DNA from: an uncultured delta proteobacterium | Lineage (GTDB): Bacteria; Desulfobacterota; Syntrophia; Syntrophales; UBA2185 | Length of the DNA: 64,000 bases | Assembly: GCA_963729715.1 (NCBI GenBank) | Contig: CAVSPA010000006.1 | Location: 192,001-256,000 of the forward strand | Reading direction: 5' to 3' | Shown here: one piece after another, positions 41,270 to 51,464 of the stretch | How positions within the stretch are numbered: position 1 is the first letter of the stretch | Layout of the letters: each line of letters starts with the position of its first letter | Notes under the pieces: generated by a model | Told to the model about the DNA's origin: nothing | The model's database searches: none | The model's input: only the letters and a program-made list of their open reading frames with translations | Translations under genes and position numbers: made by a program

Positions 41270-42799
41270 ATGATATATTATATCCTGCTTATCATTGTTG
41301 TCCTGGGCGGAGCTGGTCCGAGTTTCGCCTATAATACCAAACAGGCCATGGAAGATGCGGATGCGTATCTGAGAAACGGGCAGTACCTTGAGGCGGTCGG
41401 GGCCTATCAGGATATCTCAGACATCTCGCCTGATCCCAATATGAAGGCGAAGGCAACACTCAGGATAGGTGATATTTACAGTTACTTTCTTAACAATAAT
41501 GAGAGGGCGCTGGAAAAATATAGTGTCGTCATAAAAAAATACGAAAGCAGCGTGCATGCGGCCAACGCCCATTTCAACTCCGGGATGATCCTGTATGAAA
41601 GAAACAGGTACAAAGAGGCGCTCTATGAATTCAAGACATATCTGAAGAGATACCCCCACGGCGACAGGAGAGATACGGCAGAGTTCATGATAGAAACTTG
41701 TCAAAGACCACCCCCGGCCGTACAAGAAAAAAAGCCATCCTTTAAGAAGGCGAAAGAAGAGAATGTCAGGGTTCTCGTGGTGACCAGTCTTCATGCCATC
41801 CGCGTGGATTCGAACTCCATATTTGAAGTACGGGATGGCTTTGGAAAAGACATTTCTGGCAAGGTCCGCAGCGCCACCTTGAGTGTTTCAGGAGGCGATA
41901 TAAGGATCGACGGCAAAAACATCTCCCATGATAGACTCGTAATTGCGCCGTTGGAGGGCCAATGGTTGAATCTGAACGGCGTGCCATACAGGGGTGAACT
42001 GAGGATAGCGAAAAGCGCCAAGGGCGATATGGATGTGATTAATATTCTGGATGTGGAGGCCTATCTCTATGGTGTCGTCCCGAAGGAGATGTCCCCCCAA
42101 TGGCCGCTCGAGGCGCTCAAGGCCCAGGCGATTGCCGCAAGAACGTATGCCCTGTACCAGAAGGAAAAAAGCAAGGACAGAGAATACGATGTAATTGCTA
42201 CAACTGCATCCCAGGTTTATGGCGGAGCAGCTGCAGAGTCAGCCAGGTCCAATCAGGCGGTGGATGATACAAAGGGTACGGTGCTTCTCTATAACGGTCA
42301 ACTGGCCCTTACGTATTTTCATGCAAATAGCGGCGGCATGACGGAAGAGGCAAGGCGCGTGTGGAGCGCCGACGTTCCCTATCTGAAGGCGGTTCGTGAC
42401 GATTACAGCGCCAAAGCCCCCGGCTGTGCGTGGAAGCTCTCCCTGAATATCGATAAGATCAGGACAGCCCTCAACAGGAATGGCCTTGATATCGGTCGGA
42501 TCGAGAAAGTAATGCCTGTTGATATAAGCCCCTCCGGCCGCGTAACAAAGATCAAGATAATCCAAGGCGGCAGGGAAAGCGTACTGACCGGCAACGATTT
42601 CAGGTTGAAGACCGATCCCACCCAGGTCAAGAGCACCCTTTTTACGATGGCCAATGAAGGGGATGAGATACATCTTGAAGGGAAGGGAAGCGGGCACGGT
42701 GTAGGTATGAGCCAGTGGGGCGCTTACATCATGGCTCGCGAAGGATTTTCATACGGCGATATCCTGAAACACTACTATTACGGCATAGATCTCAGGTAG
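41270..42799 (+). CDS. TPR + SpoIID/LytB-domain protein
   Basis: Signal peptide, TPRs, YLYGVVPKEM, EALKAQAIAART, GHGVGMSQWGA. Confidence 0.9.
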   Translation: MIYYILLIIVVLGGAGPSFAYNTKQAMEDADAYLRNGQYLEAVGAYQDISDISPDPNMKAKATLRIGDIYSYFLNNNERALEKYSVVIKKYESSVHAANAHFNSGMILYERNRYKEALYEFKTYLKRYPHGDRRDTAEFMIETCQRPPPAVQEKKPSFKKAKEENVRVLVVTSLHAIRVDSNSIFEVRDGFGKDISGKVRSATLSVSGGDIRIDGKNISHDRLVIAPLEGQWLNLNGVPYRGELRIAKSAKGDMDVINILDVEAYLYGVVPKEMSPQWPLEALKAQAIAARTYALYQKEKSKDREYDVIATTASQVYGGAAAESARSNQAVDDTKGTVLLYNGQLALTYFHANSGGMTEEARRVWSADVPYLKAVRDDYSAKAPGCAWKLSLNIDKIRTALNRNGLDIGRIEKVMPVDISPSGRVTKIKIIQGGRESVLTGNDFRLKTDPTQVKSTLFTMANEGDEIHLEGKGSGHGVGMSQWGAYIMAREGFSYGDILKHYYYGIDLR

Positions 42800-42839
42800 C
42801 CGGTTATTCCTGCCGAATCAGCATCCACATTTGTGAATA

Positions 42840-43523
42840 CTACTGGCTGATTTCTGCATATATTTTTTCTATGGCTTCTATGATATTGCCTGATTGAGTA
42901 ATTGGTCTCCCAATAGCGATGAAATCCGTTTCCATCCTGACTGCTTCCTTTAAGGAAGAGATTTTGACCTGATCGTGCCTGTCCCGATACCATGGGGGCC
43001 TTATTCCCGAGCAAATCTTCTTCAACGGGTTGTCCGGGATATAGTTGATGTCCTTGACGGAGCAAAAGATATATTCGTAATTGTTCATCAGGGCTATATT
43101 TGAGAATGCTTTCACAATATCGTCCGCCGTTCTTTCGTAAATCCATTTCACTTCCAAATCCGTGAAAGAAGTGAGTATCGTCACACCGGCGATGTACTTC
43201 AAGAGTCCCGCATTTTTGGGCCTGAAGTTCGACGAGCAATGGATGGTGACGATATCCGCCCCTGCGTCAACCAACTTACTGATGCAGTTCTCCATGGTGG
43301 AGGGAATGTCATGCAGCTTGACGTCGGCCATGACATTCAGTTTATATTCATTTATCAGATGTGAGACGATCTTCGCGACGTCATCGCTGTACAACATATC
43401 GCTGACCTTAATCCCCCATATTATGCCTTTCGCCATGGCTTCTGAAAGGCTGCTGAATACCCCTTTTTCCTCGGCATCATGGAAACTCATTCCATCTACC
43501 GCCACGATCAGTTTTGGAACCAT
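42840..43523 (-). CDS. pyrF: Orotidine 5'-phosphate decarboxylase (divergent)
   Basis: D.KLHDIP.T, VT.LTS, GIR, DQ, GRPITQ. Confidence 0.82.
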   Translation of the reverse strand: MVPKLIVAVDGMSFHDAEEKGVFSSLSEAMAKGIIWGIKVSDMLYSDDVAKIVSHLINEYKLNVMADVKLHDIPSTMENCISKLVDAGADIVTIHCSSNFRPKNAGLLKYIAGVTILTSFTDLEVKWIYERTADDIVKAFSNIALMNNYEYIFCSVKDINYIPDNPLKKICSGIRPPWYRDRHDQVKISSLKEAVRMETDFIAIGRPITQSGNIIEAIEKIYAEISQ

Positions 43524-43593
43524 GCTTTCCTCCCAGTAGGGTCTAAATATATATACAGTATATATCGGTACCTTTGATTATTATCTTTAGTTC

Positions 43594-44604
43594 TTAGACC
43601 TTGTAATACTCCTTGTACCATTCAATGAAGCGCCTGATACCGTCTTCTGCAGATGTTGCCGGTTTGAAGGAGACGTCTTTCATGAGATCGTTGATATCTG
43701 CATATGTACTGGGCACATCCCCCGGCTGCATGGGAAGCAGATTCATTCTTGCCTTCTTGCCCAAAACTTTCTCAATTATATTTATGAACTCGAGGAGCTC
43801 CACGGGCCTGTTATTGCCGATGTTATAGATCTTGTATGGTGCAAAGCTGGTAGCGGGATCCGGTTTGTCGCCCCGCCATTTGGCGTCCGGCTCCGGAATC
43901 TTTTCCGTCACTCTAAAGACGCCTTCTGCGATGTCATCAATATAGGTAAAGTCTCTCTGCATTCTACCCGCGTTATAAACATCAATCGGCCTATCTTCCA
44001 GGATGGCTCTTGTAAAGAGAAACAGGGCCATGTCCGGTCTTCCCCAAGGGCCGTAAACGGTAAAGAACCGGAGCCCCGTGCAGGGAAGTTTGTAGAGACT
44101 CGCATACGCATGCGCCATCAGTTCATTGGCCTTTTTTGTGGCCGCATAAAGGCTTACGGGGTGATCCACATTGTGATGCACGGAAAACGGCATCTCCGTG
44201 TTAGCCCCATAAACCGAGCTTGACGAGGCAAAGACCAAATGTTCGCATGCCTGATGCCTGCACCCTTCCAGTATATTCAAAAAACCGGCAAGATTACTCT
44301 CCAGATAAGCATGGGGGTTTACCAGGGAGTATCTGACTCCCGCCTGCGCCGCCATATGGACAACAATTGCCGGCGCCTCTTTCTTGAAAAGAGATGACAC
44401 ATTCTCTGTCTCGGAAATATCCATTCTAATAAAATGGAAGGCATCGTTGTCATGAAGGAGCTTGAGACGCGCCTTCTTAAGATTAACATCATAGTAGTCA
44501 TTCAAATTGTCCACGCCGATTACGGAATGGCCGGCAATCAGGAATCGTCTCGATAGATGGAATCCGATAAAACCGGCGGCGCCGGTAACAAGAATTTTTT
44601 TCAT
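43594..44604 (-). CDS. NAD-dependent epimerase (UDP-glucuronate 4-epimerase-like)
   Basis: TGAAGFIG, AQAGVRYS, YAATKK, YGPWGRPDMA. Confidence 0.92.
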   Translation of the reverse strand: MKKILVTGAAGFIGFHLSRRFLIAGHSVIGVDNLNDYYDVNLKKARLKLLHDNDAFHFIRMDISETENVSSLFKKEAPAIVVHMAAQAGVRYSLVNPHAYLESNLAGFLNILEGCRHQACEHLVFASSSSVYGANTEMPFSVHHNVDHPVSLYAATKKANELMAHAYASLYKLPCTGLRFFTVYGPWGRPDMALFLFTRAILEDRPIDVYNAGRMQRDFTYIDDIAEGVFRVTEKIPEPDAKWRGDKPDPATSFAPYKIYNIGNNRPVELLEFINIIEKVLGKKARMNLLPMQPGDVPSTYADINDLMKDVSFKPATSAEDGIRRFIEWYKEYYKV

Positions 44605-44661
44605 TTTTATAGCCTTTGGATTTTCAATTTCTCCTGCACCTCTTTGATGATGATTCTTCTG

Positions 44662-45960
44662 TCATGATCTCTTTGCAAGGCTTCTAAGTGTCTTTTCACA
44701 GGCACGGATCGTCTTATCTATGTCTTCATCACCGTGGGCGCAAGAGAGGAAAGCAGCCTCAAACTGCGAAGGCGCAAAGTAGATCTTATTTGATAACATC
44801 GCTCTGAAATAACGGGCATAGAGCGATGTGTCGCTTCCTGCCGCTGACGCGAAATCGAAAATATCCTTACTGGCAAAAAATGATGTGAACATGGAACCGC
44901 ACCGGTTGATCCGGACGGGGATTTTCTTATGATCGAATAACCTCTGCAATTCCCCGCACAGGAGTCCCGTCCGGCGGTCCAGTTTTATGTAAGACTCAGC
45001 GTTCTTTCTTAGAATATTAAGTGTGGCCAGTCCCGCCGACATGGCGAGTGGATTGCCCGAAAGGGTGCCTGCCTGATAGACCGGACCTGATGGGGCCAGT
45101 TCTTCCATCACCGCCTTCCTGCCCCCGAAGGCCCCCACGGGAAGGCCGCCGCCGATGATCTTCCCCAGACACGTCAGATCCGGTTCTATACCGGCGATGT
45201 TCTGGAAGCCGCCATAGGTCAACCTGAAGCCTGTAATGACCTCATCAAAGATGAGGAGTATCTTATGCCTCCGGGTAATATTTCTGAGGGTCTCCAGAAA
45301 TCCTTTACGAGGCAATACAACGCCCATATTGCCCGCCACGGGTTCGACGATGACGCAGGCGAGATCGTCTTTATAGCGATCAACTGCGGAGACGGCGGCC
45401 TCGATATCATTGTAGGGGAGGGTGATAGTAAGTTTGGCAAGCCTTCTCGGAACACCGGGGCTCCCCGGGATGCCGAGGGTCGCCACGCCGGAGCCGGCCT
45501 TTACCAGTAGTGAGTCGGCATGGCCGTGATAACATCCCTCAAATTTGATCATTTTTTCCCGTCCCGTATACCCACGGGCAAGCCTGATGGCGGTCATGGC
45601 GGCTTCCGTTCCGGAACTTACCATCCTCACCATGTCAATAGACGGAAAGGCATCAACGATCAGTTTTGCCATTTCCGTTTCCAGTTCTGTAGGGGCGCCA
45701 TAGCTGGTCCCTTTTTCCGCCGCTTTTTGAATGGCGCGAACGACGTCAGGATGGCTGTGCCCCAGGATCATGGGCCCCCAGGAAGATACGTAATCTATAT
45801 ATTCCCTTCCTTCGACGTCATAGATCCTGGAACCGGAAGCCCTCCGTATAAAGATTGGTGTTGCATCAACAGATCTGAATGCCCTGACAGGGCTGTTCAC
45901 CCCCCCGGGTATGTATTTGCTGGCCTTTCTAAAGAGAGACTTGGAAGATTTATTAGTCAT
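44662..45960 (-). CDS. hemL: Glutamate-1-semialdehyde 2,1-aminomutase
   Basis: PGGVNSPVR, SGTEA, FEGCYHG, GKIIGGG, AGTLSGNP. Confidence 0.95.
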   Translation of the reverse strand: MTNKSSKSLFRKASKYIPGGVNSPVRAFRSVDATPIFIRRASGSRIYDVEGREYIDYVSSWGPMILGHSHPDVVRAIQKAAEKGTSYGAPTELETEMAKLIVDAFPSIDMVRMVSSGTEAAMTAIRLARGYTGREKMIKFEGCYHGHADSLLVKAGSGVATLGIPGSPGVPRRLAKLTITLPYNDIEAAVSAVDRYKDDLACVIVEPVAGNMGVVLPRKGFLETLRNITRRHKILLIFDEVITGFRLTYGGFQNIAGIEPDLTCLGKIIGGGLPVGAFGGRKAVMEELAPSGPVYQAGTLSGNPLAMSAGLATLNILRKNAESYIKLDRRTGLLCGELQRLFDHKKIPVRINRCGSMFTSFFASKDIFDFASAAGSDTSLYARYFRAMLSNKIYFAPSQFEAAFLSCAHGDEDIDKTIRACEKTLRSLAKRS

Positions 45961-46423
45961 CTGTGAAATACTCCATACTGCTTTTCTTATACTCTTCCTC
46001 ACTGATGAGGACTTTAAAGTCTTTGATTCCCGTTTCCTGCGAGAACTTCTGAATTACACTTTCCTGATTCCCTCTTCCGAAATGAACCATCGTGAAGACG
46101 TTGTATTTTCCCGCAAAGGGTGGGGTCCTTTCGTAGCAGTGCGTTACCTCCTTGAAGGACGCCAGGGTCTGGCCGGTAGATTCGATTCTTTCCTTTGGCA
46201 CGGCCCAGATGACCATGGCGTTATGTGAAAAGCCCGCTTTCTGATGTCTCAGGATGGCTCCAAACTTCCGTATCACGCCCTTTGTCATGAGGCCGCGTAC
46301 GGTTGCAAGAACTTCTTCTTCGGTAATCTCTGACTTTTCTGCGATGTCTTTGAAGGGTCTCTTTTCGAGGTCGATGTCTCGCTGGATGAGCCGCGAAATT
46401 TTCTTTTCCGTTTCCGTTAACAT
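45953..46423 (-). CDS. ahbB: Siroheme decarboxylase subunit (Lrp/AsnC-like)
   Basis: H.KAG...NAM, VTHCYER, YN.FTMVH, EYKK.S; adjacent to hemL. Confidence 0.8.
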   Translation of the reverse strand: MLTETEKKISRLIQRDIDLEKRPFKDIAEKSEITEEEVLATVRGLMTKGVIRKFGAILRHQKAGFSHNAMVIWAVPKERIESTGQTLASFKEVTHCYERTPPFAGKYNVFTMVHFGRGNQESVIQKFSQETGIKDFKVLISEEEYKKSSMEYFTDD

Positions 46424-46453
46424 GGCTTTCGTTTTGTACCAGTTGTCAGCACT

Positions 46454-46873
46454 TTATTCTAGAGGCAAGGAAGCCTTCGACCTGAGAGACTTTTTTTCCG
46501 CCTGCATATGTTTGAGCTTCAGCGTCTTTTCCTTGGCCCGCCTTGAGCGGCGGCGTTTCTGCCGTCTTATCTTTTCGGCTTGCTGTCTTTCCGCCTGTAC
46601 CGCGCCCTGCTTAATTCTCTCGATCCTGTCGAGAAGTAATCGTCTTGCCGTAAAGCGGTTCATCGCCTGGGATCGCGACTGCTGGCATTTAACGGACAGC
46701 CCGGATGGCATATGCACGAGCTGGACGCAGGAGGATACTTTGTTAACCTTCTGCCCGCCGGGGCCTGACGACCGGACAAATGTTTCCTTTAAATCGTCTT
46801 CGGAAACGCCGAGACGCTCCATGCGCTCGCTTAAGCCCTTTTCCTTTTCCGGGGAGACATTAAAAAGGCTCAT
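46454..46873 (-). CDS. Peptidyl-tRNA hydrolase domain protein (ArfB-like)
   Basis: RSSGPGGQKVNK, RSQ..N, basic C-terminal tail. Confidence 0.85.
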   Translation of the reverse strand: MSLFNVSPEKEKGLSERMERLGVSEDDLKETFVRSSGPGGQKVNKVSSCVQLVHMPSGLSVKCQQSRSQAMNRFTARRLLLDRIERIKQGAVQAERQQAEKIRRQKRRRSRRAKEKTLKLKHMQAEKKSLRSKASLPLE

Positions 46874-46881
46874 AGGCTATA

Positions 46882-47868
46882 TCATATGCATAATTCGACC
46901 ACATCACCGTCTTGGAGGACGTAGTCACGCTGCACCATCTGGCCATCACGGACCGATTTGCCCCAGGCCCTCGCGTATTTTAATTTATAAACGAAATCAT
47001 TGTGAACTTTGCCTGCCAATTCCGCCAGTGTGCTCCCTATGGGGACTACAAACGGGGATTTTTTATCCGCCTCCTTGCCGGGAGGTTTGGTGTACACCCG
47101 GATAATACCGGAGAAGTAATAAAGCTTATCTAGGAAGACCAGGATGTTCTTGCACGTGCGGGTCGAAATGCCGATGCAGGGTAATTTGATTCCCGAGAGT
47201 TCCAGGAAGATGTCGAGTGTCTCTTTATCTTCCGGCCTGTCCATCTTGTTCACGGCGACGAGCATCTTCTTTATCCTAGGCGGTTTTCTTAAATCCGCAG
47301 GAAGTGCGCATGCCTCAGAGTAAATGCGAAATGAGTGGAGGATATGGAGGGTTTCCTCCAACTGCTCCACCGGGTCCGCGGTGAGGTCGAGCAGAATGAC
47401 CACTATGTCGGCCCGGCGGATCAGATCGATCAGGCCAGGCTCTGTATAGTCTTTTGTGAGGGGCGGGGTATCTATAAGCTGGAACTGGATGTTTTCATAC
47501 TGGGCCATTCCCGGTGTCGGTTTTTGCGTAGTGTGGGGAAAGTCGGCTACTTCCGGGGAGGCATTCGTTATTAATTTAACAAGAGAGGACTTGCCTGTGT
47601 TCGGAGGTCCGATAATTACGGTCTGGGCCGGCCCTTCCTTCTCAATGTCATAGGCCGTTTTCTGTCTCGAAACACTTTTTTTCTTCAGGGCCTGGTCTTT
47701 TAATTTTGAGATACGTTCGCGCAGCATTGCCTTGAGCTTGTCCGTGCCCTTGTGTTTCGGCATAATGGCAAGCATCTCTTCCAATGCCTCGATCTTATCT
47801 TCCGGCGTCTTAGCTTGTCGGAATCTCTGTTCCGCTTCGAAATAATGCGGGGGCAGATTGGCTGGCAT
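46882..47868 (-). CDS. DRG/Obg-related GTPase with TGS domain
   Basis: PKHKGT, GPPNTGKS, DTP, NKMD, C-terminal TGS domain. Confidence 0.85.
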   Translation of the reverse strand: MPANLPPHYFEAEQRFRQAKTPEDKIEALEEMLAIMPKHKGTDKLKAMLRERISKLKDQALKKKSVSRQKTAYDIEKEGPAQTVIIGPPNTGKSSLVKLITNASPEVADFPHTTQKPTPGMAQYENIQFQLIDTPPLTKDYTEPGLIDLIRRADIVVILLDLTADPVEQLEETLHILHSFRIYSEACALPADLRKPPRIKKMLVAVNKMDRPEDKETLDIFLELSGIKLPCIGISTRTCKNILVFLDKLYYFSGIIRVYTKPPGKEADKKSPFVVPIGSTLAELAGKVHNDFVYKLKYARAWGKSVRDGQMVQRDYVLQDGDVVELCI

Positions 47869-48058
47869 GAACTTTATCTCCTTGGAATCCGCTGCAACTG
47901 TAAACAAGTATTTTCGTACTCAACTACGAAAGTCAAGTTGAATTTATTGAAAATCATGATATTCTAAACGTGTTCGATTTGATGTAGCATTATAGCTCAA
48001 ATGGCTGTTGATATGAAGAGGCATTATCGTGTTACCTTCTCTCAAGCGGAAATGATAT

Positions 48059-49066
48059 ATGTTCAGCGCCCATCTGATCAATGATCCCTTCGGCGACCCC
48101 GGGGTATATATAGAATTCAAGTATAGGCGTTCCGCCATTCTTTTTGATCTCGGTGATCTTCACAATCTGAGTCCGAGAAAACTGCTTAAGATCAATCATA
48201 TCTTCGTTTCTCACACGCATATGGATCACTTCATAGGATTCGATTATCTGCTCCGGGTATGTTTGGGCCGCGACTGCCATATCTCCATGTTCGGCCCTCC
48301 CGGCTTCCACCGTCAGATAGAAAACAAGATCAACGGCTATACTTGGAATCTTGTCGAAAACTACACCAATGATTTTGCCCTCCATGTTACGGAAGTGCAT
48401 CCGGAGCATAAGCTGCTGAGAACGTACCGCTGCCGGAAGGCCTTTGAACCGGAAATCGAGGATGCAGGTGAAAAATTCACCGGCACCCTCGTCGAGAACA
48501 GCTCTTTTGCCGTCAAAGGCGAATTCCTCGATCACAAAATTCCCTGTCTGGCGTACAGATTTGAAGAAAAGAACCGCGTCAACATAAAGAAAAATACCTT
48601 GCTCGAAATGGGGCTGCCTGTCGGGGCCTGGCTGATGGACTTGAAAGACAGGATTCTTCGCGGTGACCATGATGATACGCCTGTACGCGTGTGGTGGAAA
48701 GAAGGCAGACAGGAAGGGGGAGAAAAGTTTATTCCTTTGGGCGAATTGAAGGAGACAATCGTGAAAATGACGCCGGGCCAGAAGATCGCCTACATCACTG
48801 ACGCCGTCTATAACGAAGATAATGCCCGAAGGATTGTCGAATTGGCTTATGGCTCCGACTTGATGTTCATAGAAGCGACTTTCCTTGACGAAGATGCGGA
48901 TAAAGCAGCTGAGAAGCATCACTTGACAGCACGCCAGGCTGGTGTACTGGCGCGCAGAGCGGGGGCGAAAAGAATCGCGCTCTTCCATTTTTCGCCGAAA
49001 TACAAAGGGGCCGGGGATGTTCTCATCGAGGAAGCAATGGCGGCATTTAATGGTCGGGAGTCATAA
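48059..49066 (+). CDS. Ribonuclease Z-like metallo-beta-lactamase
   Basis: SHTHMDH, YITD, HLTA, HFSP.Y. Confidence 0.82.
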   Translation: MFSAHLINDPFGDPGVYIEFKYRRSAILFDLGDLHNLSPRKLLKINHIFVSHTHMDHFIGFDYLLRVCLGRDCHISMFGPPGFHRQIENKINGYTWNLVENYTNDFALHVTEVHPEHKLLRTYRCRKAFEPEIEDAGEKFTGTLVENSSFAVKGEFLDHKIPCLAYRFEEKNRVNIKKNTLLEMGLPVGAWLMDLKDRILRGDHDDTPVRVWWKEGRQEGGEKFIPLGELKETIVKMTPGQKIAYITDAVYNEDNARRIVELAYGSDLMFIEATFLDEDADKAAEKHHLTARQAGVLARRAGAKRIALFHFSPKYKGAGDVLIEEAMAAFNGRES

Positions 49067-49163
49067 TGATTGTCTTTGGCAATTCTGAGGCCCGCTCTTA
49101 TGCGGTGACAGCAATTGAGCGTGGAAGAGAGTTTCCCTGCCGGTCCAGGAAAATGACCAAGTC

Positions 49164-49667
49164 TTAGATCTTTTTTATCTGGAAGCCCTCGAGCTTTATG
49201 GCTACCGAACGCTGGAGAAGCTCGATGGATATGACGAAGAGTTCTTTGCTATAGTCTGTGCTGACAACTACGCCTTCAATACCGGTGAAAGGCCCATCAG
49301 TGATCAGGGCCGGTTCTCCGATCTTTGGGTACTGGATCTGCTGCACTTCCACTTTTGACTGGATTATGCGCTGGATGGCTTCTATCTTGGCGTTGGGAAC
49401 CGGTATCGGCTCGGCCCCCTTCGGGTTTCCGAGTATCCGGACAACACCGAAGGTTTTGAGAACATTCAGCTTCGTTTCGCTATCCAGGGAGAATAGTTCC
49501 ACGAAGAGGTACCCCGGGAACATGGGGATTTCGATCTTCTTCCGCCTGTCCTTGCGCCGGCTCCACATCTCTATCTTAGGCAGAAAGGCGTGGATCGATT
49601 TCTGGACGAGGCCGATATATACGCGGTCTTCATGACGGCTGCGTGTGTGAACTGCGTACCAGGGCAT
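49164..49667 (-). CDS. Specialised NusG paralogue (UpxY/LoaP-like antiterminator)
   Basis: WYAVHT...HE, PMFPGYLFV, KOW motif ITDGPF.G.EG. Confidence 0.85.
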   Translation of the reverse strand: MPWYAVHTRSRHEDRVYIGLVQKSIHAFLPKIEMWSRRKDRRKKIEIPMFPGYLFVELFSLDSETKLNVLKTFGVVRILGNPKGAEPIPVPNAKIEAIQRIIQSKVEVQQIQYPKIGEPALITDGPFTGIEGVVVSTDYSKELFVISIELLQRSVAIKLEGFQIKKI

Positions 49668-49760
49668 GACGGATTCCTTAATTAGTCTCTTTCTTCAGGG
49701 TATTCCGGTTGGGGGTTTTTTCATTTACACTAATCACAATGTTTTTTCAACGGTGAAATC

Positions 49761-51347
49761 GTGCGGAAACTGAGAATCACAGGTATCGTACTTTCCCTTG
49801 GCGAAGAGGAAGATGTATTGAGGGGAAAAGTTGGAACCATTCTCCGTATCCCGGATGCAGATGTTTCGTCTCTGACTGTGGTCAGGAAATCGATCGATGC
49901 AAGGAGAAGAAAGCCGCCTCGCTTCATTTATTCTGTGGAGTGTGCAGTTCCGGATGGCGTCGACTTGACCGGTAAAACAGGTGTAAAGATAGAAGTGCTT
50001 GGGGAGGACAAGAAATCGTTCCTTTCGCCGGTAAAGACAAGAACAGGCAAAAGACCCGTAATCGTCGGATGCGGCCCCGCCGGTATCTTCGCGGCCCTGG
50101 CCTTGGCGGAGAGGGGAATTCCCGTACTTCTCCTCGAAAGGGGGAAAAGCGTACCGGAGCGGATAGCGGATGTCCAGGCCTTCTGGGAGAAGGGGATCAT
50201 GAATACGGAGAGTCATGCCCATTTCGGGGAAGGAGGAGCAGGCACATTCTCCGACGGGAAGCTGACGAGCCGTCTTACGAACCCATTTGCGGCATGGATC
50301 AAGACAAGGCTTGTCGATGCAGGCGCTCCATCCGAAATTCTTACTGATGCGAAGCCCCACGTAGGGACTGACAGGCTGCGGGAAGTGGTGATTAATCTCA
50401 GAAAGAGACTCATAGAACTGGGTTGTGAAGTGCGCTTCGAGGCCAAGGTCACAGATTTTTTAATTCACCGCCGGAGTCTGGAAGGGGTTGTTGTCAGAGG
50501 CAACGAAGAGATAAGAACGGATCACCTGATTCTTGCCGCCGGTCAGAGTGCGGAAGACACGTACTTCAGGCTGCATGAACTCGGTGTGCATCTGGAGCCG
50601 AAGCCCTTTGCCATCGGCTTCCGGGTGGAGCATCCCCAGGAATTGATCGACGCGATCCAGTACCGCAAGTGGCGCGGGCATCCAGACCTGCCGCCTGCGG
50701 ACTATTTTCTCACGGCCAAGCTTCCTCAGATGAGCCGCTCCGTCTATACGTTTTGCATGTGCCCCGGGGGATCGGTTATCGGGTGCAGTTCGGAGGAGAG
50801 GACAATTGTCACCAATGGCATGAGCCGCTTCCGAAGGGGAAGTCCATATGCCAACAGCGCCGTCGTGGTTGCCGTCCGGTGTGAGGATTTTGAGGACACG
50901 GCACCCCATCCCCTCTGCGGCCTCACATTTCGGCGACAATGGGAGGAGAAGGCCTTTGTCCTGGGTGGAGAAAATTATCACGCGCCCGCGCAAGGCTTGG
51001 TGGATTTTATGACAGACTCAGAAGGGAAAACTGTCAACAGGACGAGCTTTGTTCCCGGAGTGAAGCATGCAATGTTGCGTGAGGTCCTGCCGCTTTTTGC
51101 AGTCGAGGCATTAAGACAGGGGATCAGGGAGTTTGACAGGAAGATGCGGGGATTCATCACACAGGAGGCAACGCTGATGGGCGTGGAGACCAGGACATCG
51201 TCACCGGTCCGGATATTGAGAGGCCCGGACTGCCAGAGTGTCAATGTAACCGGTCTCTATCCCTGCGGCGAAGGCGCCGGGTATGCAGGCGGCATCATCA
51301 GTTCCGCGCTGGATGGGATCAGGGCTGCAGATAAGATTGCTTCTTGA
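49761..51347 (+). CDS. FAD-dependent oxidoreductase (uncharacterised family)
   Basis: GCGPAG, GEGGAGTFSDGKL, FCMCPGG, GEGAGYAGGI. Confidence 0.88.
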   Translation: MRKLRITGIVLSLGEEEDVLRGKVGTILRIPDADVSSLTVVRKSIDARRRKPPRFIYSVECAVPDGVDLTGKTGVKIEVLGEDKKSFLSPVKTRTGKRPVIVGCGPAGIFAALALAERGIPVLLLERGKSVPERIADVQAFWEKGIMNTESHAHFGEGGAGTFSDGKLTSRLTNPFAAWIKTRLVDAGAPSEILTDAKPHVGTDRLREVVINLRKRLIELGCEVRFEAKVTDFLIHRRSLEGVVVRGNEEIRTDHLILAAGQSAEDTYFRLHELGVHLEPKPFAIGFRVEHPQELIDAIQYRKWRGHPDLPPADYFLTAKLPQMSRSVYTFCMCPGGSVIGCSSEERTIVTNGMSRFRRGSPYANSAVVVAVRCEDFEDTAPHPLCGLTFRRQWEEKAFVLGGENYHAPAQGLVDFMTDSEGKTVNRTSFVPGVKHAMLREVLPLFAVEALRQGIREFDRKMRGFITQEATLMGVETRTSSPVRILRGPDCQSVNVTGLYPCGEGAGYAGGIISSALDGIRAADKIAS

Positions 51348-51464
51348 AAAGAACGGATCATAATAGGATATTTGCATTCATAAACTCTCTGTGATAATTT
51401 CCTCTAAAGACTGCCCTGTATACATTTTTTTTCAGAGCAGATATTTGACCCGAGGAAGTTGATT

